This document shows positions 56,185 to 64,000 of a stretch of 64,000 nucleotides of DNA, in pieces. The notes beneath the pieces were generated by a model. That model was not told the DNA's origin, searched no databases, and saw nothing but the letters and a program-made list of their open reading frames with translations. The position numbers and the translations under genes are program-made. The DNA lies in assembly GCA_964016885.1 (NCBI GenBank), contig OZ024756.1:9672001-9736000 (forward strand), written 5' to 3'. Each line of letters starts with the position of its first letter. The stretch's first letter is position 1. The stretch comes from Eledone cirrhosa. Its lineage: Eukaryota.

Positions 56185-56255
56185 TAATTATATATAATTA
56201 TAATTATATATAATATATAATTATATATATATATATAAAATATAGAATATATATA
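55823..56255. repeat. AT-rich low-complexity tract with a (AAGCATATATAT)n 12-bp minisatellite
   Basis: AAGCATATATAT is repeated at about 55907-55990 and 56068-56130, within (TA)n/TAAT repeats. Confidence 0.9.
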
Positions 56256-56889
56256 AAATGAGAACAATTGAACGCAAGGAAGCTGTTAAAACAGTAAAAT
56301 GTCGTCAATGACAGCGTCGGGTATAATGTACGTCAAAAGACAGAAATTAGTGGCTAGAAGTGTGTTGCCCCACAGAAGTGATAGGAAGAAAGGAGAAAAG
56401 GAAGAAAATAGACAAGACAAGATCACACAAACATTTTTATACGTCATCAGCTCTTAGACCAACTGTGGTTTCACACGATTTAACTTAAGAGTACCATGTG
56501 AAATTGTCGGCTTGTGCAACAGAAAAATAAGTAATTTTGTTGGTATGATGTTTCTGTCCTTTTCCTTTTCCTACCTGCCACTCTCGTCACATCCGCTTGC
56601 TGCCAGTCAGACATTTTGTTGTCCTTTCTAGCAGCCAGTTTTACTTCTCCCCCCTCTCTCTCTCTCTGATCTGTCTGTCTGTCTCTCTAATTTGTTTGTT
56701 TTTCCCGTAAACCATAAAAACCTATGTGCGGTAGTTTCAAAGGTCATGATTGTTTTTTAAGCATCTAAATCTGATTGTCTCATAAAAAGATGGCTGCTCA
56801 ACATGGTAGAAGACGTCATCAAAACACTCAGCAATGTTACAGTGCTGATGTTGCTGTTAGTCCTATTATTTGTTGCTGATGATGTTGTT

Positions 56890-56970
56890 AATGCTGCTGT
56901 TGTTGTTGTTGTTTTTGTTGTTGTTGTTGTTGTTGTTGTAGTTGTTGTTACTGTTGTTGTTGTTGTTGTT
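56890..56970 (+). repeat. (GTT)n microsatellite
   Basis: Imperfect GTT triplet run. Confidence 0.9.
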
Positions 56971-57324
56971 TACCCAACAATGCTGTTGTCTCACCTCTGT
57001 CGACGTAGAGGCTCTGTTGAGAATGTCTAAAGCTTGGCCTCTACCTCCCTCCATATTGATTCAGCACATACTCCTCTTCCTCCTCTAATTCATCTTCTTC
57101 CTCCTTCTCCTCCACCATCTCCACCTCCCCTTCACTCCTCCCCCACCCCCACTCTCCCTCCTCCTACCCACCCCACCCCACCCCACCCCCATTCTTCAGC
57201 TGGTTGTCTGGTGCTTTGTTAATTGGCTATATACACTTCTTCTAACACCCCCCACACCCACACATACACACACAACCCCCACATCCACACACCCACCCAC
57301 CACACTCACACACCCACACACACA

Positions 57325-57368
57325 TGAACGCAAGCATGGAAAAGCAGGCGTAAAAAATGGTGATGACG
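57325..57368 (+). mobile_element. Short RTE-type 3' end fragment (SINE/LINE tail)
   Basis: GCAAGCATGGAAAAGCAGGCGTAAAAAATGGTGATGA resembles the RTE 3' end at 59175-59225 (GCAAGCAGGGAGAAGCGGACGTAAAATGATGATG on the minus strand). Confidence 0.55.
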
Positions 57369-57423
57369 CCATATATATATATATATATATATAATACATA
57401 CACTTATATAGGGGGAGGGGGCA

Positions 57424-57446
57424 TGTGTGTGTGTGTGTGTGCATGA

Positions 57447-57482
<36 letters not shown>

Positions 57483-57665
57483 ATGTATTATACAATATTT
57501 ATGTATAAAAAGCATAGACATACACACGCACTCACACAGATACAAACACACAGACATACGTACACAAAGACACACACACACACACACACGGATACATACA
57601 ATCAGACATAGACACACACACACACACAGACAGTCACACACACACACACACAGTCACACACACCG
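57424..57665. repeat. (TG)n followed by (CA)n-rich microsatellites
   Basis: Direct inspection. Confidence 0.85.
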
Positions 57666-57845
57666 ACATATTGATATGATATGAACATGTATATCTTTCA
57701 ACAACTGTTAAAGTTGTGAAATGGTTCTTTGTTAATTTATTAAAGCTAGGAAGGGATGGTCACGCTTGGAAGACACTTAACAACGTTGCCTTAGTTAAGA
57801 TTTACTGTAATAAATAATTAATCACAATTAGTAACAGTAATAAAC

Positions 57846-58050
57846 AATAATAATTGTTTCTACTTTAGGCACAAGGCCGGCAATTTGAGGGGGGGGGGAG
57901 TTGATTAAATCTACCCCAGTGTATTACTGGTACTTTATTTTATTGACTCTGTAAGGCAAAACTAACCTCGGCAGGATTTGAACCCAGAGTGTAAAGGAGT
58001 GTAGCTCTATGCCACGAAACAAGGTGTCAGACGCTCTGCCGATACTGCCA
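57846..58050 (-). mobile_element. tRNA-derived SINE (octopod-like)
   Basis: The minus strand begins TGGCAGTATCGG (A box), has GGGTTCAAATCC (B box, 57974-57985), a body with AATAAAGTACCAGT...CTGGGG, and an (ATT)n tail. Confidence 0.75.
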
Positions 58051-58051
58051 A

Positions 58052-58082
<31 letters not shown>

Positions 58083-58540
58083 GTTTCATGTATTGGCCAC
58101 AAGGGCCCCGACATTTTGGGGACAATACAAAGACAGGGACAGTGGGGGGGGGGGGGTAGAATGTAATCAAGTAAAAATACACAATAACAAAAACAATTAA
58201 CAATGAAAATATATTAAAATATCAATAAAAAAAATATAGAAATATAAAAAAATATAACAAAATAAATTACCCCGTGAAGGGCAGTGTCAATGTTGGGAGG
58301 GCAAACCGTGTACGCCTGGACAAAAGGGGTCACTTTATCAATTATATATGTTGTAACAATCAGTTATCTATGGAGCTGGAAAACAAACCATCACCTACCC
58401 CAGGTGCCTACTGGAGGTTCTGTAGGGTAATACTTAGTTTATGAAACCCTGAACCAGTGGAAGATAGAGATATGGACACAGGAATTGAACTCGCGACCTT
58501 ACGACCATGAGCTAAATACCCTAACCATCAAGCCATATGC
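58052..58540 (-). mobile_element. Composite or decayed tRNA-derived SINE remnant(s)
   Basis: tRNA-like head at 58479-58540 (TGGCTTGATGG A box, GAGTTCAATTCC B box). Segments 58080-58120 and 58390-58450 resemble the body and 3' end of the preceding SINE. (AAT)n tail at 58052-58081. Confidence 0.55.
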
Positions 58541-58842
58541 TTAACTTTGAAAGAATGAAAGATAGAGAGATGGTTTGAGGCGAGAACAAGACTACCAACT
58601 ATATACAATAACTATCCTTATTTTCTTCTAAAGCCAGTCATTAAACTATACAATATTCTCACTCAATGTTTTTTAGTTGCCTTATGTTTAAAACTGGAGA
58701 TTTTAACAGATGTTCAGTGAAATATTTGCCTGTGTGTCTTTCATGATTTATTTCTACTATATATTAGATACTATGAGTAGCATCTGGTTTAGACCTAGGT
58801 ACTCTCTATCCCTATGGGTCCGGTCGTCAGAAATTACAAAAA

Positions 58843-58942
58843 AGGGGTTGGTATTAGGAAGGACATCCAGCTGTAAAACCTTGCGTCAAGCACTCCTGTC
58901 AAATGCATACCAACATGGAGAAGTAGATATAAACATGATAAT
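58843..58942 (+). mobile_element. SINE 3' portion with an RTE-derived tail
   Basis: GGGGTTGGTATTAGGAAGGACATCCAGCTGTAAAACC...CAACATGGAGAAGTAGATATAAACATGATAATG; the end resembles the local RTE 3' terminus. Confidence 0.5.
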
Positions 58943-58954
58943 GGTTATATATAC

Positions 58955-58984
<30 letters not shown>

Positions 58985-58985
<1 letters not shown>

Positions 58986-59143
58986 ACAAAGGAATTGTGG
59001 TAAGGAACCAGATGGACCATAACGCACCAGAGTACTCAATACTTAGGGTAGTAGAGTGGGAAATAGGAAAAGGTATGACCCCGACGGCAGAGCTCAAGCC
59101 GTTTCAAAACGGCTTGAGCTCTGCCGTCGGGGTCACAATTTTT

Positions 59144-59148
<5 letters not shown>
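58985..59148 (-). mobile_element. Family B fold-back element (palindrome 59063-59148) with the 3' half of a hammerhead and a single-copy tail, in (TA)n
   Basis: Perfect 29-bp inner arms 59076-59104/59107-59135. The minus strand reads GAAACGGC-TTGAGCTCT-GCCGTC (stem III + GUC, 59083-59105). The tail carries ACTCTACTACCCTAAGTATTGAGTACT. Confidence 0.78.
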
Positions 59149-59174
<26 letters not shown>

Positions 59175-59178
<4 letters not shown>

Positions 59179-59625
59179 TCATCATCATCATCATCATTTT
59201 ACGTCCGCTTCTCCCTGCTTGCAAGGGTGGGACGGGTCTTATTCAGCACAGCATCTCTCCACTTGTCACGGTCCTTCGTCATCTCCTCCGTGAGTTTCAG
59301 CGATCTGAGGTCTGCACTAACCACCTCCGCCCATGTTTTTCGTAGTCTACCTCTACCACGTCTTCCTTCTACTGGGATTTCTTGGCACTTCTTTACCCAC
59401 CGGTCATCCTCCATGCGCATCACATGTCCATACCATCTCAGTCTTCTCTCCTGCACACCACAACTTATCCCTCTTATACACAGTTTCTCTCTCAACTGTC
59501 TATGCTTGGTCATTCACTCACATTCACATTGCACATCAAACGGAGCATACTTGCCTCATTTCTCTCCAGCCGTCTCATATCCTCTGTAGTTGCTGCCCAT
59601 GTCTCACTACCATGCAGCATCGCGC
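59175..59625 (-). mobile_element. RTE-clade LINE 3' fragment with (GAT)n tail
   Basis: Minus-strand AMLHGSETW, then ERRLRWYGHVMRMEDDRWVKKC..GRRGRGRLRKTW..DRDKWR, a short 3' UTR and (GAT)n. Frameshifted and 5'-truncated. Confidence 0.88.
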
Positions 59626-59789
59626 ATCTATATATATATGTGTGTGTGTGTATGTGTGTGTGAAATGTTTGTAACTGAGTCTAATCAATAAAAACTTTGT
59701 TATCTCATAATCCAATACACACCCCACACCCCTACACCTCAATTTCATCCACACCACTCTTACTCTGTAAAGTTATGTTGGTATCACAA

Positions 59790-60800
59790 AACAGCCTACA
59801 CTACAAAGTTCTTCATCCTCAGTGCATACTGATTAATGTTCAGAGCCATCCTCAGCATTCTCGTGTAGCACCCATCCACCATCTGAGTGAGTCTCTTGGT
59901 CAGTGTCCAAGTCTCAGACCTGTACAGCAGCACAGACTCCATTGTAGCAACGAAGAGACGGATCTTCAGGTCTTTACGGAGGTCCGACTGCCACACTGAT
60001 CTCAAGCTGTGGCACGCCGCCCAGGCTTTGCTCTTCCTCTTCACCGCATCATCCTCTGTGTGCCAATCTTTGCTCCCAGCTCTAGTGGCTTCCCGCCTAC
60101 ATTCCTAAACTTCTCTGGCTTTTTAATATTCTCTATCGGATACTTTGTCTTAATCTCATTCATTCTCAGCCCCACACTCATCGACGCAGTCTCAACCTCC
60201 TGCATCAATTCCTCTGCCTCCTTCACTGTGTTTGTCACCAGAACTATGTCATCAGCAAATTCAGCATCTGATATCTTTTTAGCCTTAACTCTCCTGCTCT
60301 GAGCCAGTGCTACAGTAAAGCCAGAGTCCTGGTGTTTCTCCAGTGCAAGGCGCATACAATAGTCCACTACAATGATAAAAAGGTAGGGAGTCAATGTATC
60401 TCCCTGAAGCACTCTATCCAGTATCTCAAAGAACTCTGTCATCCCATCAGGTGTAATAACTTGGGCTTTGGTGTTGGTGTAGAGCAGTGATATCAGATCC
60501 ACTATCTTCTTGGTGATCCATAAGCCTGTAAGATCTTCATCAGGTATTGACGGTCCACAGAATCAAAGGCCTTCCTGGAGTTAATGAAAACCATGACGGC
60601 AGGAAGGCACTTTGCTCTAGCTTCCTCTAATATCCCCCTCAGCACCAGGATGTGGCTGGTGGTTGATCTTCCCTCTCTGAAGCTGTTCTGATTGTCCCTG
60701 AGGTTCTTCTCCAACATGGGTTGGATCTGAGTAAGAATCATCCTGTTGAGGGTCTTTGCTACAAGTGACGTCAGTGAGATCCCCCTGGTTAGAGCATTAT
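59790..60800 (-). pseudogene. Non-LTR retrotransposon (RTE-like LINE) reverse transcriptase fragment, frameshifted
   Basis: Three consecutive minus ORFs: RGISLTSLVAKTLNRMIL, QNSFREGRSTTSHI, FINSRKAFDSVDR; VLQGDTLTPYLFIIVVDY, EFADDIVL, GLRMNEIKTKY; KIRLFVATMESVLLYRSETWTLT, GCYTRMLRMALNI. Confidence 0.9.
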
Positions 60801-60804
60801 TCAA

Positions 60805-60960
60805 CAGAGTACTCGATACTTGGGGTAGTAGAGTATTATTATATTATTAAGAGTTGGGACCCTACAGCTGAGCTCTTGCCATTTCAACAGCTAGTTCCAG
60901 ACTGAAACTAGCTGTTGAAACAGCAAGAGCTCAGTCATTGAGTCCCAACTCTTTATAATA
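60805..60960 (-). mobile_element. Family B-related fold-back element (palindrome 60842-60960, centre 60901) with half hammerhead and truncated tail
   Basis: Imperfect ~59-bp arms; GAAA(C/T)(A/G)GC-AAGAGCTCA-GCTGTA stem III motif. The tail TACTCTACTACCCCAAGTATCGAGTACTCTG matches the tail at 59028-59057. Confidence 0.72.
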
Positions 60961-60985
60961 TATATATATATATTATAAAGAGTTG

Positions 60986-61129
60986 GTGAGAAAAACCACA
61001 GACCCTCCATCTCAACTCTACTTTTGAAAAGCAGAACTGCGAAACCGGTAAAGGAACCAAATAAATATATATATTTTTTTTTAAATAAGACTCCAGTTGC
61101 ATTTTCGATTTCATCTTTTTTTCTTTATA
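60986..61129 (+). mobile_element. Family A element, single tail-less arm
   Basis: Closely matches 55045-55192, starts at the same GTGAGAAAAACC, and ends at TTCTTTATA in (TA)n. Confidence 0.88.
61021..61054 (+). ncRNA. Minimal hammerhead ribozyme (U3-A8), stem II loop shortened
   Basis: CTT | TTGAAAA | GCAG-AA-CTGC | GAAACCGGTA | AAGG. Confidence 0.65.
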
Positions 61130-61144
61130 TATATATATATATAT

Positions 61145-61272
61145 TGTTTAATATAGAAATTTCGAATGAAACAGTTCTAGTACTGTAGAAGCTATTTCTA
61201 TATTAAACATTGTATATACTCTACTATGTATTGAGTACCTTACTTACTGTGGTTACCCCCGATTGAACCCGG

Positions 61273-61273
<1 letters not shown>
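61145..61273 (+). mobile_element. Family C element, 5'-truncated, with a 16-bp inverted arm, half hammerhead and tail
   Basis: TGTTTAATATAGAAAT (61145-61160) / ATTTCTATATTAAACA (61194-61209); GAAACAGT-TCTAGT-ACTGTA (61168-61187); tail nearly identical to 63390-63447. Confidence 0.78.
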
Positions 61274-61308
<35 letters not shown>

Positions 61309-61552
61309 AACACACACACACACACACTCACACACACGTACACACACACACACACACTCTCACACGCACACACACACACCCACTCACACACACGTACACA
61401 CACACACACACTCTCACACGCACACACACACACCCACTCACACACACGTACACGTACACACACACACACACACTCTCACACGCACACACACACACCCACT
61501 CACACACACGTACACACACACACACACTCTCACACGCACACACACACACACA
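61273..61552. repeat. (CA)n-derived compound minisatellite
   Basis: CA runs with recurring CACTCACACACACGTACACAC and CTCTCACACGCACAC variants at about 54-62 bp spacing. Confidence 0.88.
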
Positions 61553-62392
61553 TATATTCCTTTGTCCACACTTTCAATTTGCCCGCTAAAAACCCTGGGT
61601 TATTTCTCTTGTTGGGAAAAAAGCAGGTGATAGTGAAGCATTGACCGCTGCTACAAGCAGTAGCCTACTGCTTTATTTCACACTGGTTTGAGCCATAGAG
61701 TGCTTGGCTGCATAATTCCTAATTGTATATCGTTAGCTTGGCTACAGCCGAAACTTTGATTTTACTAAACTTCCATTTGTATATATATATATATATAATT
61801 TATCTTTGTATTTATCTCCAGACTCTAGCTATTGACCAGTTAATTTTCTTAATTTTTTAGTTGCTTCTATTGACTGATGAATAGCTTATGTTAATTTTAA
61901 CCCTTCTGTTGAGAACTCTATTCGATTTGTGATGTTTTTGCATTCTTGCAAAAATATACACAACTGAATTTATTTGCCTGATATAGGGGCTGCCTCCCTT
62001 GCCGATCCCCACGTGGAGTCAGCAATAGTCAGTCCTTGTATTAACATTGAACTAAAACCTGTTGAGAAAGTGGCTTCCTTGTTCAATCATCTTACCAGAA
62101 GCCTGACATTATTTATGTAAGCGGACGGTACTTGATTTAGGAGCCGCAGAAACCCAAATACTGGATTTTACCAACCTTCCAGGGGTCCGGGTAAATTTTT
62201 CAATACCCGAATTACTTGATCGTTTTTTTGGGGCTATGCGAATGATTGTTTGACCATCGTCTCAGTGTGTTTGGCCTTTAACGTTTGTTATAGCTCTGTT
62301 TCATCTGAATCATTGAGCACTTGCCTCACATCTCGGAAGTTGTTTTTCGTTATTTCGTGGGCCGAAATGTGAATCTCGATAATTTATGTTTG

Positions 62393-62417
<25 letters not shown>

Positions 62418-62424
<7 letters not shown>

Positions 62425-63224
62425 TAACAAATGGAAACTATATTTATAAAACCATATTTATTTCATTATACATATTTCAAGGACACCAAAGCAAATTATG
62501 GTGCGCTTTCATGAGATAAAATATAATATAGATCAGTTTTATAAACAAATATTGACATACCCTTAAAGAATGCAACCATGTCGGTTGGAAGCTCTCGGAT
62601 AGTGGGGTTACTAATTTTATTATTGGTCTATTATGTAAATTAGTGTCGGAAAGGTTTAAATCCCATACATTTAAATTAAGCCGGTTATTACTATTTATTT
62701 ATTTATTTACTTCGCGTAATTAATCCAATATATATTTATCTTTTCGCTTCATCAGCTCATAAAATTACGTTAATACAACACTCTCTCACTTAGGGTTTTC
62801 TCTCTTTCTCTTTCTTTTCTTTTGTTTTTCTTTCGTTCTTTCTTTTTCCTTTTCTTTTTTCCCTATTCCAACGGCTTAATTTAAATGTATGGGATTTAAA
62901 CCTCTCCAACACTTATTTGCATAATAGACCAATAATAAAATTAGTAACCCCACTATCCGGGATCTTCCAACCGACATGGTTGCATTCTTTAAGGGTATGT
63001 CAATATTTGTTTATAAAACTGATCTATATTATATTTTATCTGATGAAAGCGCACCATAATTTGCTTTGGTGTCCTTGAAATATGTATAATGAAATAAATA
63101 TGGTTTTATAAATATAGTTTCCATTTGTTAATATATTGTATTTTTACTCCAAACTTTGGTTGAGTGCTTTATATCAGTTATAAAAATATTTGCATGTTGT
63201 ATCCCAACAAATTAAATATAACTT

Positions 63225-63228
<4 letters not shown>
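62418..63228 (+). mobile_element. Family D fold-back element: 266-bp inverted arms (62418-62683 / 62872-63137), 188-bp spacer, ~90-bp tail, flanked by (TA)n
   Basis: The arms are reverse complements with few mismatches (AATATATTAACAAATGG...AATTAAGCCG / CGGCTTAATT...CCATTTGTTAATATATT). HHR within the arms; tail with TACTCCAAACTTTGGTTGAGTGCT. Confidence 0.87.
63032..63096 (+). ncRNA. Type I hammerhead ribozyme (family D)
   Basis: Stem I TATTTTAT/ATGAAATA; CTGATGA at 63040-63046; stem II AAG-CG-CACCA...TGGTG-TC-CTT; GAAA-TATGTA-TA (AUA triplet). The left-arm copy (62459-62523, minus) has CTCATGA. Confidence 0.8.
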
Positions 63229-63256
<28 letters not shown>

Positions 63257-63266
63257 TAATATAGAT

Positions 63267-63317
63267 GAGATTCTACAGGACCAGAACTGTTTCATTCTTT
63301 AGAAATCATCAGGAATC
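63267..63317 (-). ncRNA. Type I hammerhead ribozyme (family C, inverted arm)
   Basis: Minus strand: GATTC-CTGATGA-TTTCTAAAGAAT-GAAACAG-TTCTGGTC-CTGTA-GAATCTC. Confidence 0.8.
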
Positions 63318-63318
63318 A

Positions 63319-63371
63319 GAGATTCCTGATGATTTCTAAAGAATGAAACAATTCTAGTCCTGTAGAATCTC
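63319..63371 (+). ncRNA. Type I hammerhead ribozyme (family C)
   Basis: Stem I GAGATTC/GAATCTC; CTGATGA at 63326-63332; short stem II TTC-TAAA-GAA; GAAAC at 63345-63349; GUA at 63362-63364. Confidence 0.82.
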
Positions 63372-63452
63372 ATCTATATTAAAACTTTTATACTCTGCAA
63401 TGTATTGAGTACCTTACTTACTGTGGTTACCTCCGATTCAACCCGGAATAAC

Positions 63453-63521
<69 letters not shown>

Positions 63522-63689
63522 TATATATATATAAATTACTTTAAATAAGATCATAATTCTTTCTAGACTGGTTGTCTTTGATTAAGAAGTCTTATGAGAA
63601 AATTGGGGCTGGAGTCGATCGAGTCTATAACACTGTTCGTAACTGAGCCTAATCAACCTTGTTTTATTCTTCTTAATATCTCATTCTAT

Positions 63690-63822
63690 CATCTGATGAA
63701 GGACTAGTGTCCAAAAAATTAAGACTCTTTTCCTGTTATTTCAAGCATTAAATTAATATCATATATTTATTCATTGTACTGTGTCATTTGCTTTGTTATT
63801 TCTGTTTACTTTTTACAAACAT
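63690..63822 (+). other. Degenerate hammerhead-like motif with an AT-rich downstream segment ending in (AT)n
   Basis: CTGATGA-A-GGAC-TAGT-GTCC (63693-63712) is followed by AAAAAA rather than GAAA. Confidence 0.4.
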
Positions 63823-63846
63823 ATATATAAATGTGTGTATATATAT

Positions 63847-63931
63847 ATCATCATCATCATCATCATCATCATCATTTTATGTCCACTTTTCCCTGCTTGC
63901 AAGGGTGGGATGGGGCTTATTCAACACAGCA
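63847..63931 (-). mobile_element. Very short RTE LINE 3' end with (GAT)n tail
   Basis: Near-copy of 59175-59253 (TTTTAYGTCCRCTTYTCCCTGCTTGCAAGGGTGGGAYGGG.CTTATTCARCACAGCAT). Confidence 0.85.
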
Positions 63932-63947
63932 TATATATATATATATA

Positions 63948-64000
63948 TCAGAATGGAAGCGGTAAAAACCAGTTAGACCATTACTCACTAGAGTACTCGA
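63948..64000 (-). mobile_element. 3' tail of another family B-like element, cut by the window edge
   Basis: GCGGTAAAAACCAGTTAGACCATTACTCACTAGAGTACTCGA resembles GTGGTAAGGAACCAGATGGACCATAACGCACCAGAGTACTCAA (58997-59039); it follows (TA)n. Confidence 0.65.

Larger units (their letters stand above)
63254..63453 (+). mobile_element. Family C fold-back element: palindrome 63254-63384 (centre 63319) plus tail, in (TA)n
   Basis: 64-bp arms with 2 mismatches, loop AGA; tail TACTCTGCAATGTATTGAGTACCTTACTTACTGTGGTTACCTCCGATTCAACCCGG. Confidence 0.87.

Noticed and set aside
56430-56515. Minus-strand CTGATGA (56443-56449) and the nearby TTTCACA/TGTGAAA hairpin as another hammerhead
   Set aside because: I could not assemble a convincing stem II, GAAA and stem I; at most a decayed remnant.
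53805-57684. ORFs rich in VCVC, YIYI, HTHT, poly-V, poly-N or poly-P
   Set aside because: These are translations of TG, TA, CA, GTT and C-rich microsatellites.
58479-58540. Functional tRNA gene
   Set aside because: It has A and B boxes but no paired acceptor stem, and it sits at the head of SINE-like sequence.
58710-60302. Plus-strand ORFs of 73-177 aa
   Set aside because: They are antisense to LINE fragments or run through palindromes and microsatellites, with no domain signal.

Overview
Repeat-rich eukaryotic (animal) genomic DNA with no recognisable host gene; the SINE sequences resemble those of octopod cephalopods (inference). Bases 1-51841 are one uninterrupted 17-bp satellite, (CTCTCTACTGTCTCTAT)n, about 3,050 copies, with kb-scale higher-order duplications. 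All the giant + strand ORFs there are artefacts. The array ends in a fold-back hairpin joined directly to a 5'-truncated, frameshifted Penelope-like retroelement (PLE) encoding an RT and a C-terminal GIY-YIG endonuclease (51866-53764). Its downstream region carries two tandem hammerhead ribozyme (HHR) copies. The remaining ~10 kb holds RTE-type LINE fragments, tRNA-derived SINEs and microsatellites. It also holds a dense set of short non-coding fold-back elements from several unrelated families, almost all sitting in (TA)n. Each carries a complete or half hammerhead, one family with a U3-A8 core covariation. Most families share a covarying RCTC...GAGYRC hairpin in the single-copy 3' tail. This PLE/hammerhead/fold-back/tail-hairpin system is the main candidate for new biology. 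All structures were read by eye; no searches or folding programs were run.
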